A DNA stretch of 64,000 nt from Bacilli bacterium (GTDB taxonomy: Bacteria > Bacillota_I > Bacilli_A > RF39 > UBA660): assembly GCA_028694645.1 (NCBI GenBank), contig JAQVKM010000003.1, positions 1,297 through 65,296 of the forward strand. Direction: 5' to 3'. The translations under genes and the position numbers were made by a program. A model generated the notes under the pieces. It worked only from the letters and a program-made list of their open reading frames with translations. It searched no databases and was not told the origin of the DNA. Shown piece after piece: positions 48,146 through 57,600 of this stretch; the stretch's first letter is position 1, and each line of letters starts with the position of its first letter.

Positions 48146-48937
48146 CTAAATATATTGTGAAATAAAATAAGCAGATCTTATATAATTTTGTACTTTTTCA
48201 TTTATTCCATTTCCTTTAACTTCATATATATCATATTCTAATACTATATTTCCATTATATTTCAAATATTTTAAATATTCTAGTCCTTTTAACCATTTTA
48301 ATTTGTTTTCATCATTTTCTTCTATTGGCAAATGATCAAAAGTATTTTTAAAAGTATGAATATGAATATTATTCATTCTTTTAATTAAGACTTCATCTAA
48401 ATCAGTTATTTTTCCATATTCAACTATTTCATGTCCAATATCATATGTAAAATGTAAATCTTCATTATTATATAGAATTGTTAAAATTAATTCTTTACTT
48501 AATCTTAAATGATGTGTTGTTGAATTTAAATTTTCAATACTTATATTTATATTATAATTATTTTCATATATATAATTAAGTATACTTGAAAAATAAATAT
48601 TACTGTTAGAATTATTTTTATCATCTTCTTCTATTGGATGTAAAACAACATTAATTTTATAATTCATTATTGTGGATATTTCATTTATAAAATCCATTAT
48701 TTTTTGTTGTTTTTCAATATCAAATATTGAATTCCCATGTATTTGTAAATAATAATTATTTTGTTTACATAAATTAGATAGTCTTAATATATAATTTTTT
48801 TCAAATAAAGAAAAATCTGTGATACACATTTCCATTCCTTTAATTATTTTTTTATCATCTAATTTATTTATCATTGATATTATTTCGTTGGGATTTATTT
48901 CAAAAAATTTTTGATTTAAACTAAGTAATAAATTCAT
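48146..48937 (-). CDS. Hypothetical protein, possibly a TIM-barrel sugar-phosphate isomerase/epimerase-like
   Basis: A weak resemblance only (scattered His/Glu in beta-strand-like contexts). Low confidence. Confidence 0.25.
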   Translation of the reverse strand: MNLLLSLNQKFFEINPNEIISMINKLDDKKIIKGMEMCITDFSLFEKNYILRLSNLCKQNNYYLQIHGNSIFDIEKQQKIMDFINEISTIMNYKINVVLHPIEEDDKNNSNSNIYFSSILNYIYENNYNINISIENLNSTTHHLRLSKELILTILYNNEDLHFTYDIGHEIVEYGKITDLDEVLIKRMNNIHIHTFKNTFDHLPIEENDENKLKWLKGLEYLKYLKYNGNIVLEYDIYEVKGNGINEKVQNYIRSAYFISQYI

Positions 48938-49011
48938 AACTACACCTACCTTAATAATTATATCATAATTTATTTTCTAATTTAATATATTTTAAAAGAA
49001 AGGGGTATTTT

Positions 49012-49377
49012 ATGAATAATTATTTTGATAAAAATGTTTTCCCAGGAGCACCTATTTATAGTAGCAATAACATTCCACCTCAAAATCAAAGTATTAATAA
49101 TTTGTATGATTCAACTCTTCCATTAGAACAATCATATATTGAAAATATATTGAGATTAAACAAAGGAAAAAAAGCTACAATACACATGACTTTTCCAGAT
49201 TCTGAACAATTTAAAGATCGCGAATTTACAGGTATAATAGAACAATCAGGTCGAGATCATATTATTTTAAGTGATCCTACTACTGGAAAATGGTTTTTAC
49301 TACTAATGATTTATGTAGATTTTATAACTTTTGATGAAAAAATCAATTATAGTATGGAATTTATACCAAAAAACTAG
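49012..49377 (+). CDS. Spore coat protein GerQ-like
   Basis: The C-terminal block EQSYIENILRLNKGKKATIHMTF...FTGIIEQSGRDHIILSDPTTGKWFLLLMIYVDFITFDE matches my memory of the GerQ (YwdL) conserved domain. The N-terminus is Gln/Asn/Pro-rich. Confidence 0.5.
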   Translation: MNNYFDKNVFPGAPIYSSNNIPPQNQSINNLYDSTLPLEQSYIENILRLNKGKKATIHMTFPDSEQFKDREFTGIIEQSGRDHIILSDPTTGKWFLLLMIYVDFITFDEKINYSMEFIPKN

Positions 49378-49423
49378 CACAAATCGACTTTTTTTGATAT
49401 AATTGGTATAGGGTGAAGGTAAT

Positions 49424-49963
49424 ATGGATATAATAATATATGGACTACTTATTTTTATAGTTATTTGTTTTATTTTAATGTGGTATATAGGAATATATAA
49501 TCATTATCAAACTTATATTATAAGAATTAATGAAGCTGAAGCTTTTATAGATACAACACTAAGAAAACGATTTGATTTACTTAATAAATCAATAGGTATT
49601 ATTAAATCTAATTTAAAAGATAAAAAAACAGATGTTTTAGATATTATTGTTAAATTAAGAAGTCAAAAATTAAGTGATTTTGAGTTAGATAGACAATTAT
49701 ATGAAGCAATAAACGAATTTAATCAATATAAAGAAGAAATGCCAAATTTAAGAAATAGTGAAAATTTCATTAAGATTGAACTTGGATTATTTGAATCTGA
49801 ATCTGAAATAGTAGCTGCAAGAAAATACTATAATGATATAATTACTGATTACAATACTTTAATTAAAAAGTTTCCATCTAATATAATTGGTAAATTAAGT
49901 GGTTATAAAGAAAAACCATATTTTGATGGAAAAGATGATAGTAAAGAAGATATTAATTTATAA
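49424..49963 (+). CDS. lemA: LemA-family membrane protein
   Basis: An N-terminal TM segment followed by the LemA helical domain (YIGIYNHYQTY...EAEAFIDTTLRKRFDLLNKS). Confidence 0.7.
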   Translation: MDIIIYGLLIFIVICFILMWYIGIYNHYQTYIIRINEAEAFIDTTLRKRFDLLNKSIGIIKSNLKDKKTDVLDIIVKLRSQKLSDFELDRQLYEAINEFNQYKEEMPNLRNSENFIKIELGLFESESEIVAARKYYNDIITDYNTLIKKFPSNIIGKLSGYKEKPYFDGKDDSKEDINL

Positions 49964-49993
49964 AAAAAAATAGTTAAATAACTATTTTTTTGT
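49964..49993. terminator. Bidirectional terminator between lemA (+) and divIC (-)
   Basis: aaaaatagtt-aaat-aactattttt. Confidence 0.55.
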
Positions 49994-50410
49994 TTTAATT
50001 TTATGACTTTTAATAAAAACATATAAGATTATAAAGAAAATTGTAATAATTCCTAGTTTGATAATTAATTCATAATCAAAATTAGTTTTATTTTCTTCTT
50101 TGTTTTGTTCTTCTTTTTCAGCTAATTCTAAAATAATTTCTCCATCTTTAGAGTACTGATAATTTTCTCTTGCATATCGTGCTATATAATCTGGATCTTT
50201 TAATTTTTCTATCTCGGTTTTTAAAATTTTTTCATTATGTTCTAAATTATTCAATTGTTCTTGTAAATTTTTTTCTTCTGATTTTAAAATATAAATATTG
50301 TATGTGTATGAAAAAATATTAAAAAGAAAATACCCTATTACTACTAGTGATATGGTCCCAAAAAACAATAAACTTCTTTTTGATGATTTTGACATTTTCT
50401 TTTTTTTCAT
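49982..50410 (-). CDS. divIC: Septum formation initiator family protein (DivIC/FtsB)
   Basis: A basic N-terminus, a single TM segment, a coiled coil, and a DPDYIARYARENYQYSKDGEII segment typical of DivIC/FtsB. It lies downstream of yabP-yabQ, as in B. subtilis. Confidence 0.7.
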   Translation of the reverse strand: MKKKKMSKSSKRSLLFFGTISLVVIGYFLFNIFSYTYNIYILKSEEKNLQEQLNNLEHNEKILKTEIEKLKDPDYIARYARENYQYSKDGEIILELAEKEEQNKEENKTNFDYELIIKLGIITIFFIILYVFIKSHKIKTKK

Positions 50411-50434
50411 TTTATCTACCCTAAATTAAGTATA

Positions 50435-50728
50435 TCATTTTTTTATAATTTTGTAAAACAATCTTTTAATTAACTTTTTTATATATTTTACAGAAAAATA
50501 ACCTATTAATATACTTATTACTTCATATAAGTGAATTATTCCATAATTTGTTTTTAATAAAATATAAAAATAAATTAATGTTTCTAATAATATTAAAATA
50601 AAAGTTATTAAAATTTTTAATATTTTGCTTTTTAACATGATTTTATAATTAAGTTTCATACATAAGAAAAAAAGCATTCCAAATAAAAAGGAAAATAAAA
50701 TAGTAATTATTTGTTTATCTAGACTCAT
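50435..50728 (-). CDS. yabQ: Spore cortex biosynthesis protein YabQ-like small membrane protein
   Basis: A 97-aa protein with 3 TM segments. Its position between yabP and divIC matches the yabP-yabQ-divIC synteny. Confidence 0.45.
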   Translation of the reverse strand: MSLDKQIITILFSFLFGMLFFLCMKLNYKIMLKSKILKILITFILILLETLIYFYILLKTNYGIIHLYEVISILIGYFSVKYIKKLIKRLFYKIIKK

Positions 50729-51009
50729 TTAAATAATTTAGAAAAAACATTATCTTCTTTATCTTTTTTATGAATATTATCCATATAAGTTAAACTATTT
50801 ATTAATCCTTTTATTGAAACATTTCCTTGATATGTATCCAATTTGATAATTTCTAATTCATTGCCTTTTATAATAATATATCCCATATTTGTTTCTAATA
50901 AAAACTCTTCATTATCAAAACTATCAATTTTTTTTACACCAGTTATAATAATGTTTTTTCTTTCATTTATTGTTATACTATGATTTGTTCCTATAATATC
51001 CTTGTCCAT
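50725..51009 (-). CDS. yabP: Sporulation protein YabP
   Basis: HSITINERKNIIITGVKKIDSFDNEEFLLETNMGYIIIKGNELEIIKLDTYQGNVSIKGLINSLTY matches the YabP family pattern. Confidence 0.75.
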   Translation of the reverse strand: MDKDIIGTNHSITINERKNIIITGVKKIDSFDNEEFLLETNMGYIIIKGNELEIIKLDTYQGNVSIKGLINSLTYMDNIHKKDKEDNVFSKLFK

Positions 51010-51065
51010 ATTTATTCCTCCTAATTAATTATATGAGAAATATTTTTAGATATGAAAAAAAACTC

Positions 51066-51335
51066 TTATGAGTTTAATTCTTTATTATATGCTTCTAATA
51101 TAGCATCTTCAAACATTTTGCGGCATTCACTTGTAATTGGATGAGCTATATCACGGTATCCACCAGTAGCAGTTTTACGACTTGGCATTGCCACAAATAT
51201 TCCATTATCGCCTGATATAATTCTTATATCATGAACTGCAAAACAATCATCAATTAGAATTGATGCAATTCCTTTCATACGATTATCTTCTTTTTCTGTT
51301 ATACGTACATTAATAGATGTTATTTTCATGCACAT
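51066..51335 (-). CDS. spoVG: Septation protein SpoVG
   Basis: MKITSINVRI...RMKGIASILIDDCFAVHDIRIISGDNGIFVAMPSRKTATGGYRDIAHPITSECRKMFEDAILEAY is near-canonical SpoVG. Confidence 0.9.
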   Translation of the reverse strand: MCMKITSINVRITEKEDNRMKGIASILIDDCFAVHDIRIISGDNGIFVAMPSRKTATGGYRDIAHPITSECRKMFEDAILEAYNKELNS

Positions 51336-51393
51336 TCTCCTCTCAGTATGTTATACAATTTTATTGTAAACTATTCTTTTCATAAAATCAATA

Positions 51394-51606
51394 TTAAAAT
51401 TCTATTTTTATGATTTTAGTTATAATATCTGTATAGGAAAATGATTTTCTTTCTTTGGATTTACTTTCTACAATAAATATGCAATTATATATTTCTTTTA
51501 TGATTGCATCATATTGTTCATACTTGTTTCTACCTAAGTTATGTTTTATTATTACATTTTCTCCTAGGTGCTTATTTAATTCTTGTTTAACGCTTTCAAT
51601 AGTCAT
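51394..51606 (-). CDS. veg: Veg protein (DUF1021)
   Basis: A 70-aa protein. VKQELNKHLGENVIIKHNLGRNKYEQYDAIIKEIYNCIFIVE...SFSYTDIITKIIKIEF aligns with B. subtilis Veg. Confidence 0.8.
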   Translation of the reverse strand: MTIESVKQELNKHLGENVIIKHNLGRNKYEQYDAIIKEIYNCIFIVESKSKERKSFSYTDIITKIIKIEF

Positions 51607-51614
51607 ATTATCTC

Positions 51615-52385
51615 CTATCTAGGATATCCTATATACATAGTTCCTTTTGTTTTAATACCTCCTATTCCACCACTTCCGTATTTTGTATTTTCTAATATTC
51701 CTTTTAAATCGATATCTTTTGTAATATCTGACATACTTAATTTAGCTGCTACAATAGCAGGATCAAGAGCATGAATATTTATTCTTTTAGGGCTAGAAGC
51801 AAAATTAGCTCCTGCTTTTATCAACTCTTCATAATTAGATTGACATCCTCCTGCTACAATAATTAATTTTTGATGAGAATTTTCATAATTTCGTGCTTTT
51901 TTTACAGCTTCAATATAATATAAACTATTTTTGTATGTTTTAACAATATCATTTTTTTTATTATAATAAGCATCATGCCCTGTTATAACAACAATATTAG
52001 GATTATATTTTTTTAGCATAGATTCAATTGTCTCTGGCAGATTTTGTTCAGCTTGTAATATTCCAGCTACCATTAAATTATAACTGTTATAATATTTCAT
52101 GCATCTATCTAGATATTCTGTATCGCTGTCTATATGTAATATTTTGCCTGGCAAATAAAAATATTCATCATTCATTAATAATTCATTTTTTCTATCATCT
52201 AAAAATTCTATATCATCATTTATTTCTCCTTCATATTTTTTTAAATCTGATTTGATAGCATCTGCACATAATCTTATATTTATTCCAGCTAAATAATATA
52301 TATCACTTTCTATTTTTACTATTTTAAATATTAAATCATTTTGATATGAATTTCTAGTTACAATATCTCCTACTTTAAATTCCAT
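51615..52385 (-). CDS. yabG: Sporulation-specific protease YabG
   Basis: An N-terminal MEFKVGDIVTRNSYQNDLIFKIVKIE matches the YabG N-terminus. The size of 256 aa fits, and the veg neighbour matches the B. subtilis yabG-veg arrangement. Confidence 0.75.
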   Translation of the reverse strand: MEFKVGDIVTRNSYQNDLIFKIVKIESDIYYLAGINIRLCADAIKSDLKKYEGEINDDIEFLDDRKNELLMNDEYFYLPGKILHIDSDTEYLDRCMKYYNSYNLMVAGILQAEQNLPETIESMLKKYNPNIVVITGHDAYYNKKNDIVKTYKNSLYYIEAVKKARNYENSHQKLIIVAGGCQSNYEELIKAGANFASSPKRINIHALDPAIVAAKLSMSDITKDIDLKGILENTKYGSGGIGGIKTKGTMYIGYPR

Positions 52386-52431
52386 ATTATCACCAATACA
52401 ATTATATGTTTTTAAACTATAAAATATAATA

Positions 52432-52456
52432 AAAAAGATTGATTAATCAATCTTTA
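52432..52456. terminator. Terminator hairpin (aaagattgattaatcaatcttt)
   Basis: A perfect palindrome overlapping the stop of the RluA gene, between yabG and the pseudouridine synthase gene. Confidence 0.5.
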
Positions 52457-53301
52457 AAAACTTTTTTAAATATAAGTGGCATATCAGCTTCATATTTATC
52501 TAATTTATTTGTTACAGGATTTATTATTTCCAATTTATTAGCATGTAATCCTAATCTTTTTATTGGACTATTATTAGTACCATATTTTTTATCTCCTACA
52601 ATAGGATGATCAATTTCACTCATATGAACTCTTATTTGATTTTTTCTTCCAGTTTCAATTAATATATGAAGCATACTATATTTATTGTTTTCTTTAATTA
52701 CTTTATATTTTGTTATAGCTAATTTACCATCATATTTGTTTGTTGAGTAAACCATATTATTAGCATTTTCTGTTAAATATGATTGAATAACATCTTCTTT
52801 TTTATCTAATTTACCTTCTACTATAGCTATATAGCTTCTTGTTTTAATTAATTTTTCCCAATTATTTTGGTATAAATTTTTTATTTTTTCTGTTTTAGCA
52901 AAAACAATAATACCTGATGTATCTTTATCTAAACGATGAACAACAAAAATATTATTTTTTTTATTGTCTTGTTTTACATATTCACTTACAAAATGATATA
53001 GTGTTTTTTCTTTTTCTTTTTTAGTAGAAATTGTAAGTAAACCAGATGGTTTATTTAGTACAATTATATCTTTATCTTCAAAAATGATATTTAAATTTTC
53101 ATCATGTTTTTTAGTTTTATATTCTTTAATTGAAACAATATCATTTTTTTTAAGTTGAAAATCATATTTTGTTTGTACTTTATTATTAACTAAAATATTT
53201 TCATATTTCAACAATGCTTTTATTTTTTTATTAGATAAATCATTAAAATTATTTAATAAAAATTCTAATAATTGTATCTCTTTTGTTACTTTTTGATTCA
53301 T
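52447..53301 (-). CDS. RluA-family 23S rRNA pseudouridine synthase (RluD-like) with an S4 domain
   Basis: An N-terminal S4-like RNA-binding domain. The catalytic motif is HRLDKDTSGIIVFAK, and a downstream RVHM...GHPIVGD segment is present. Confidence 0.85.
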   Translation of the reverse strand: MNQKVTKEIQLLEFLLNNFNDLSNKKIKALLKYENILVNNKVQTKYDFQLKKNDIVSIKEYKTKKHDENLNIIFEDKDIIVLNKPSGLLTISTKKEKEKTLYHFVSEYVKQDNKKNNIFVVHRLDKDTSGIIVFAKTEKIKNLYQNNWEKLIKTRSYIAIVEGKLDKKEDVIQSYLTENANNMVYSTNKYDGKLAITKYKVIKENNKYSMLHILIETGRKNQIRVHMSEIDHPIVGDKKYGTNNSPIKRLGLHANKLEIINPVTNKLDKYEADMPLIFKKVFKD

Positions 53302-53335
53302 TTTATCACCTCTTTACATTATACATCAATTAATA

Positions 53336-53368
53336 AAAAAATCATAGCTGAAAGCTATGATTATATCA
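53336..53368 (-). terminator. Terminator-like hairpin inside the long rluA-upstream spacer
   Basis: The minus strand reads atcatagctttcagctatgat followed by T7. An extended -10-like TGATATAAT lies immediately 5' of it on the minus strand. Confidence 0.45.
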
Positions 53369-53621
53369 TATAAGTTCATATTTTATTGAACATATATGAT
53401 CTTTATATCATATCAATTGAATTTTTTTCTCTTTGAATTATATTCAATTGTTTAGTTTTGATTTTTAACATTATTTTTCATTACCTTCAATTTTACTTTC
53501 ATTAGACTTATTTAGTACTCTAATAATAAAAATTCTCTTTTTATTTTTACAACACCTTTTCAATAATAATATAATAAATTATTTTAATAATGATTTTAAA
53601 ATTAAAAGTTGTATAATTATA

Positions 53622-54611
53622 TTATCTTCCATAATTTGCATTTGGAACATATACTAACTGACTTGGAATATCTTTCTTAGCTTGACTTTTAATATCTACT
53701 TTTTCTCTAAATAATATATCAAAAATATGATTATAATCATCACTAGTTAATTTTTCAATATTATTATTTCGTTTATAAATAGAAACACTTATTAACATTT
53801 TAGCTATAAAAGTGTCTGAAATATGAGGTACAAAATCTAAAACGTCTTTTATACCCTTATATCCATAATATCCATTATTATGAACACGAGTTTGTACATA
53901 ATAGTCAAATATATTTTTTGATGTTGAAACATTAAAAGAATTATGACATTGATCTTGATAATCATAATAATTTATCATTCCTGGATTATCACTACATTTT
54001 CCCGTTAAACATTCAATATTCATTTTTGATGATTCATAAGTATTTTCAAGTTCAATAGCTATTATATTTTTTCCTCTAGCATTTAAATATATTGATGTAT
54101 AAATTTTATCTTCATTAATGAATTGCCCATTATATTTTCTAAAAGGTTCTAATGTCTTATTATTACCTATAATAAAATATATATGAGGTATGACACTATA
54201 ACTTTGTCCACCATAAACAGGTGAACCAAGATACTCAGTAGTTCCAATAGTTAAAATATCATACTCTAAACCTCTTTGAAATTGATAAAAATGTTTGATT
54301 AATTCTGCTAATTCTTTAACATCTAAACGACCAACTTCATATAATGGAAAGACTGTAGATATTTCTTTAATATGTAATTTTAACATTTCTAAACTAGGAA
54401 ATCTATCATATAAAATGAATTCTTTATTATTTTTACTATTAAAAAAGTCTTGATAATATTGAGCCATTTCAAGCTCATATTGTTTTATGTTTTTTTTAGT
54501 TTCATTTACTAATTTTTCTGCCTCTAATTTTTGCTGTTGTAATTCTTCTAATTGTTTTCTGATTTTTTTAATTTTATCCATAAACCCTCCTGAATAATTA
54601 TATATTATCAT
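53622..54611 (-). CDS. Hypothetical protein with an N-terminal coiled coil (329 aa)
   Basis: It opens with the coiled-coil stretch KIKKIRKQLEELQQQKLEAEKLVNETKKNIKQYELEMAQYY. The rest is Tyr/Asn-rich with several Cys and His, and no family could be assigned. The likely start is MDKIKK, 10 codons in. It lies directly downstream of polC. Confidence 0.3.
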   Translation of the reverse strand: MIIYNYSGGFMDKIKKIRKQLEELQQQKLEAEKLVNETKKNIKQYELEMAQYYQDFFNSKNNKEFILYDRFPSLEMLKLHIKEISTVFPLYEVGRLDVKELAELIKHFYQFQRGLEYDILTIGTTEYLGSPVYGGQSYSVIPHIYFIIGNNKTLEPFRKYNGQFINEDKIYTSIYLNARGKNIIAIELENTYESSKMNIECLTGKCSDNPGMINYYDYQDQCHNSFNVSTSKNIFDYYVQTRVHNNGYYGYKGIKDVLDFVPHISDTFIAKMLISVSIYKRNNNIEKLTSDDYNHIFDILFREKVDIKSQAKKDIPSQLVYVPNANYGR

Positions 54612-54670
54612 AAATTTTAAAATGATACTATGTTTAAGTATTATTTTAATAATTAATTATTTTTTTTTAA

Positions 54671-57600
54671 TTAAAATAAACTTAATTGACTTGATTCATC
54701 CATTCCTTCAAAAACATTCATCATTCTTAATTTTTCTATTAGTGTTTGTGATACTTTTGCTCTTTTAGCAAAATCTTCAATACTTAAGAATGGTCTTTTT
54801 TGTCGTTCTTCAACAATATTTTGTGCTACTGATTCTCCAAGTCCATCTATTGATCTAAATGGAGGTATCAAAGTTATATTGTCATCAGCTATAATAAAGT
54901 TTTTAGCATCACTTTTTAATATATCAATATTTCCAAATTTAAATCCTCTAGCTGTAGCTTCTAATGATAACTTTAGAGTTTCTAAAATAGAAGCTTCTTT
55001 ATTAGTAACATCATATCCTTTATTATTTATTTCAATCATTCTATTTTTAATTGCATCGTATCCTTTAATCATACAATCAATATCAAAATCATTAAATCTT
55101 GTTGAAAAATATGTTGCATAATAAACTGCTGGATAATGTACTTTAAAATAAGCTATTCTAAATGCACTCATAACGTAAGCTGCAGCATGAGCTTTTGGAA
55201 ACATATATTTGATTTTTTGACATGAATCAATAAACCATTTTTCAATACCTGCTTTTTGCATAATATCACTATATTCAGTCCATAAAGTTGGATTTTTACT
55301 AGCTTGTCCTTTACGAACAAATTCCATTATTTTAAATGCTGTTATTGGTTCTAATCCATTATACATTAAATAAACCATTATATCATCACGACATCCAATA
55401 ACTTCTTTAAATGGGACAATGTTATTTTTAATTAATTCTTGAGCATTTCCTAACCAAACATCAGTACCATGTGATAAACCTGATATTTTGATTAATTCTG
55501 AGAATGATTTTGGTTTTGTATCAACTAACATACCAATTGTAAATGGTGTTCCAAATTCTGGTACACCAAGAGTACCAGTTTCACACATGATTTGTTCTTT
55601 TGATACACCAAGAGGTTTTGGTGATAAAAAGATTCCCATTGTTTCTTTATCATCTAAAGGTACTGTTGTAACATCAATTTTAGTAATATCTTGAATCATT
55701 CTAAGTTGTGTAGGATCTGTATGTCCTAAGATATCCAATTTTAAAACATCATCTTGAATAGCATGATAATCAAAGTGTGTTGTTCTCCATGCAGCATTAA
55801 CATCTTCAGCTGGATATTGAAATGGTGTAAAATCAAATACATCCATATATCCTGGTATTACTACTATTCCTCCTGGATGTTGTCCAGTTGTTCTTTTAAC
55901 ACCAGTACATCCCATTGATAATCGTTCTATTTCAGCTGTTCGCATAACTAAATTTTTATCTTCACAATAACCTTTAACAAATCCAAATGCTGTTTTTTCA
56001 GCTACAGTACCAATTGTTCCTGCACGATAAACATTATCTTCACCAAATAGTACTTTTGTATATTCATGTGTTTCTGCTTGATTTAAATCAGAAAAGTTAA
56101 GATCTATATCTGGTACTTTATCAGCATTAAATCCTAAGAAAGTTGCAAAAGGCATATCTTGTCCATCTTTAATCATTTTTGTATTACATTTTGGACAATT
56201 CATATCTGGCAAGTCTACACCTGAGGAATATTCTGCTCCAAGTGGATTTCCTTTTTCATCATCAAAAATACTATGTTTACAATTTGGACAACGATAATGT
56301 GCTGGTAAAGGATTAACTTCTGTTATACCCATCATTGTGGCTACAAAAGAAGAACCAACAGAACCACGGCTTCCAACTAAATATCCATCATCATTAGATT
56401 TTTTTACTAATTTTTGAGCTATTAAATAAATAACATCATATTTAGCTCCTATTATACCTTTTAATTCATGATCTACTCTATCTTGAATTAATTTTGGAAG
56501 AGGATCTCCATACCAGTTTTTAGCTTTATTTCTAACCATATCTTCTGTTATTTGAGCACTATTTTCAATAATTGGTGAGAAAGGACTTCCTCCTGTATCA
56601 ATTATTACTTCCAATACATTTACCATATCAGCTATTTTATTAGTATTTTCAACAACTATTTCATAAGCTAATTTTTCTCCTATAAATTCAAAATCATTCA
56701 ACATTTCTCTTGTTGTTCTAAAATGTTGTGATGGAATTTTAGTGATTGCTGTTTTAGCTAGAGGATGTCTTCCTCCACCTGGAACTTTTTGGTTTACAAT
56801 TATTTCACGATATATTTTATCTTCTTTTGTAAAGTGATGTACATCTCCTGTAGCTACAATGATTTTCCCAGATTCTTTTGTTGTTCTAATAATTTTTTTA
56901 ATATGTTCTTTTAATTCTTCAACATTACCAAAATCTCCCATTTGTAATAAATGATCATATACATCTAATGGTTGTACTTCAACGTAATCATAAAAATTAA
57001 TAATATTAACAAGTTCTTCTTCACTTTTACTTCTAGCCTCAGTAAAAACTTCTGACTCATAACAACCACTTCCTATAAATAAGCCTTCTCTTAGTTTTTC
57101 AACTTCACTTCTAAGAATTCTTGGTGTTTTATATAAATACTTTGTATTTGCTAAACTAATTATTTTAAATAGATTTTTAAGTCCAACTTTATTTAAAGCT
57201 AATAAATTGAAATGATAAGCACGTCCATATTTATGTATTTCATCTTTTGATACTAACTTATCCAAATCACTTATTAATTCAAAGTTATTGGAGTCTAATT
57301 TTTTTAACATTTTATGAAAAACTAGAGCTGTTCCTTCTGAGTCATAATCGGCTCTATGATGTGCATCTTCATCAAATGCTACACCATATCTTTTAACCAA
57401 AGCTGATAAACTATGTCTTGCATATCCATTATCTAAGGTTCTAGAAAGTTCCAAAGTATCAATAACAGTATTTGTAAATTCACCCAAATCATATTTCTTA
57501 TATGCCATTTCTAAAAAAGAAACATCAAATTTAGCATTATGAGCTACCATAGGTAATGATCCACTCCATTTAATAAAATCAATTACTGCTTCTTTTTCTT

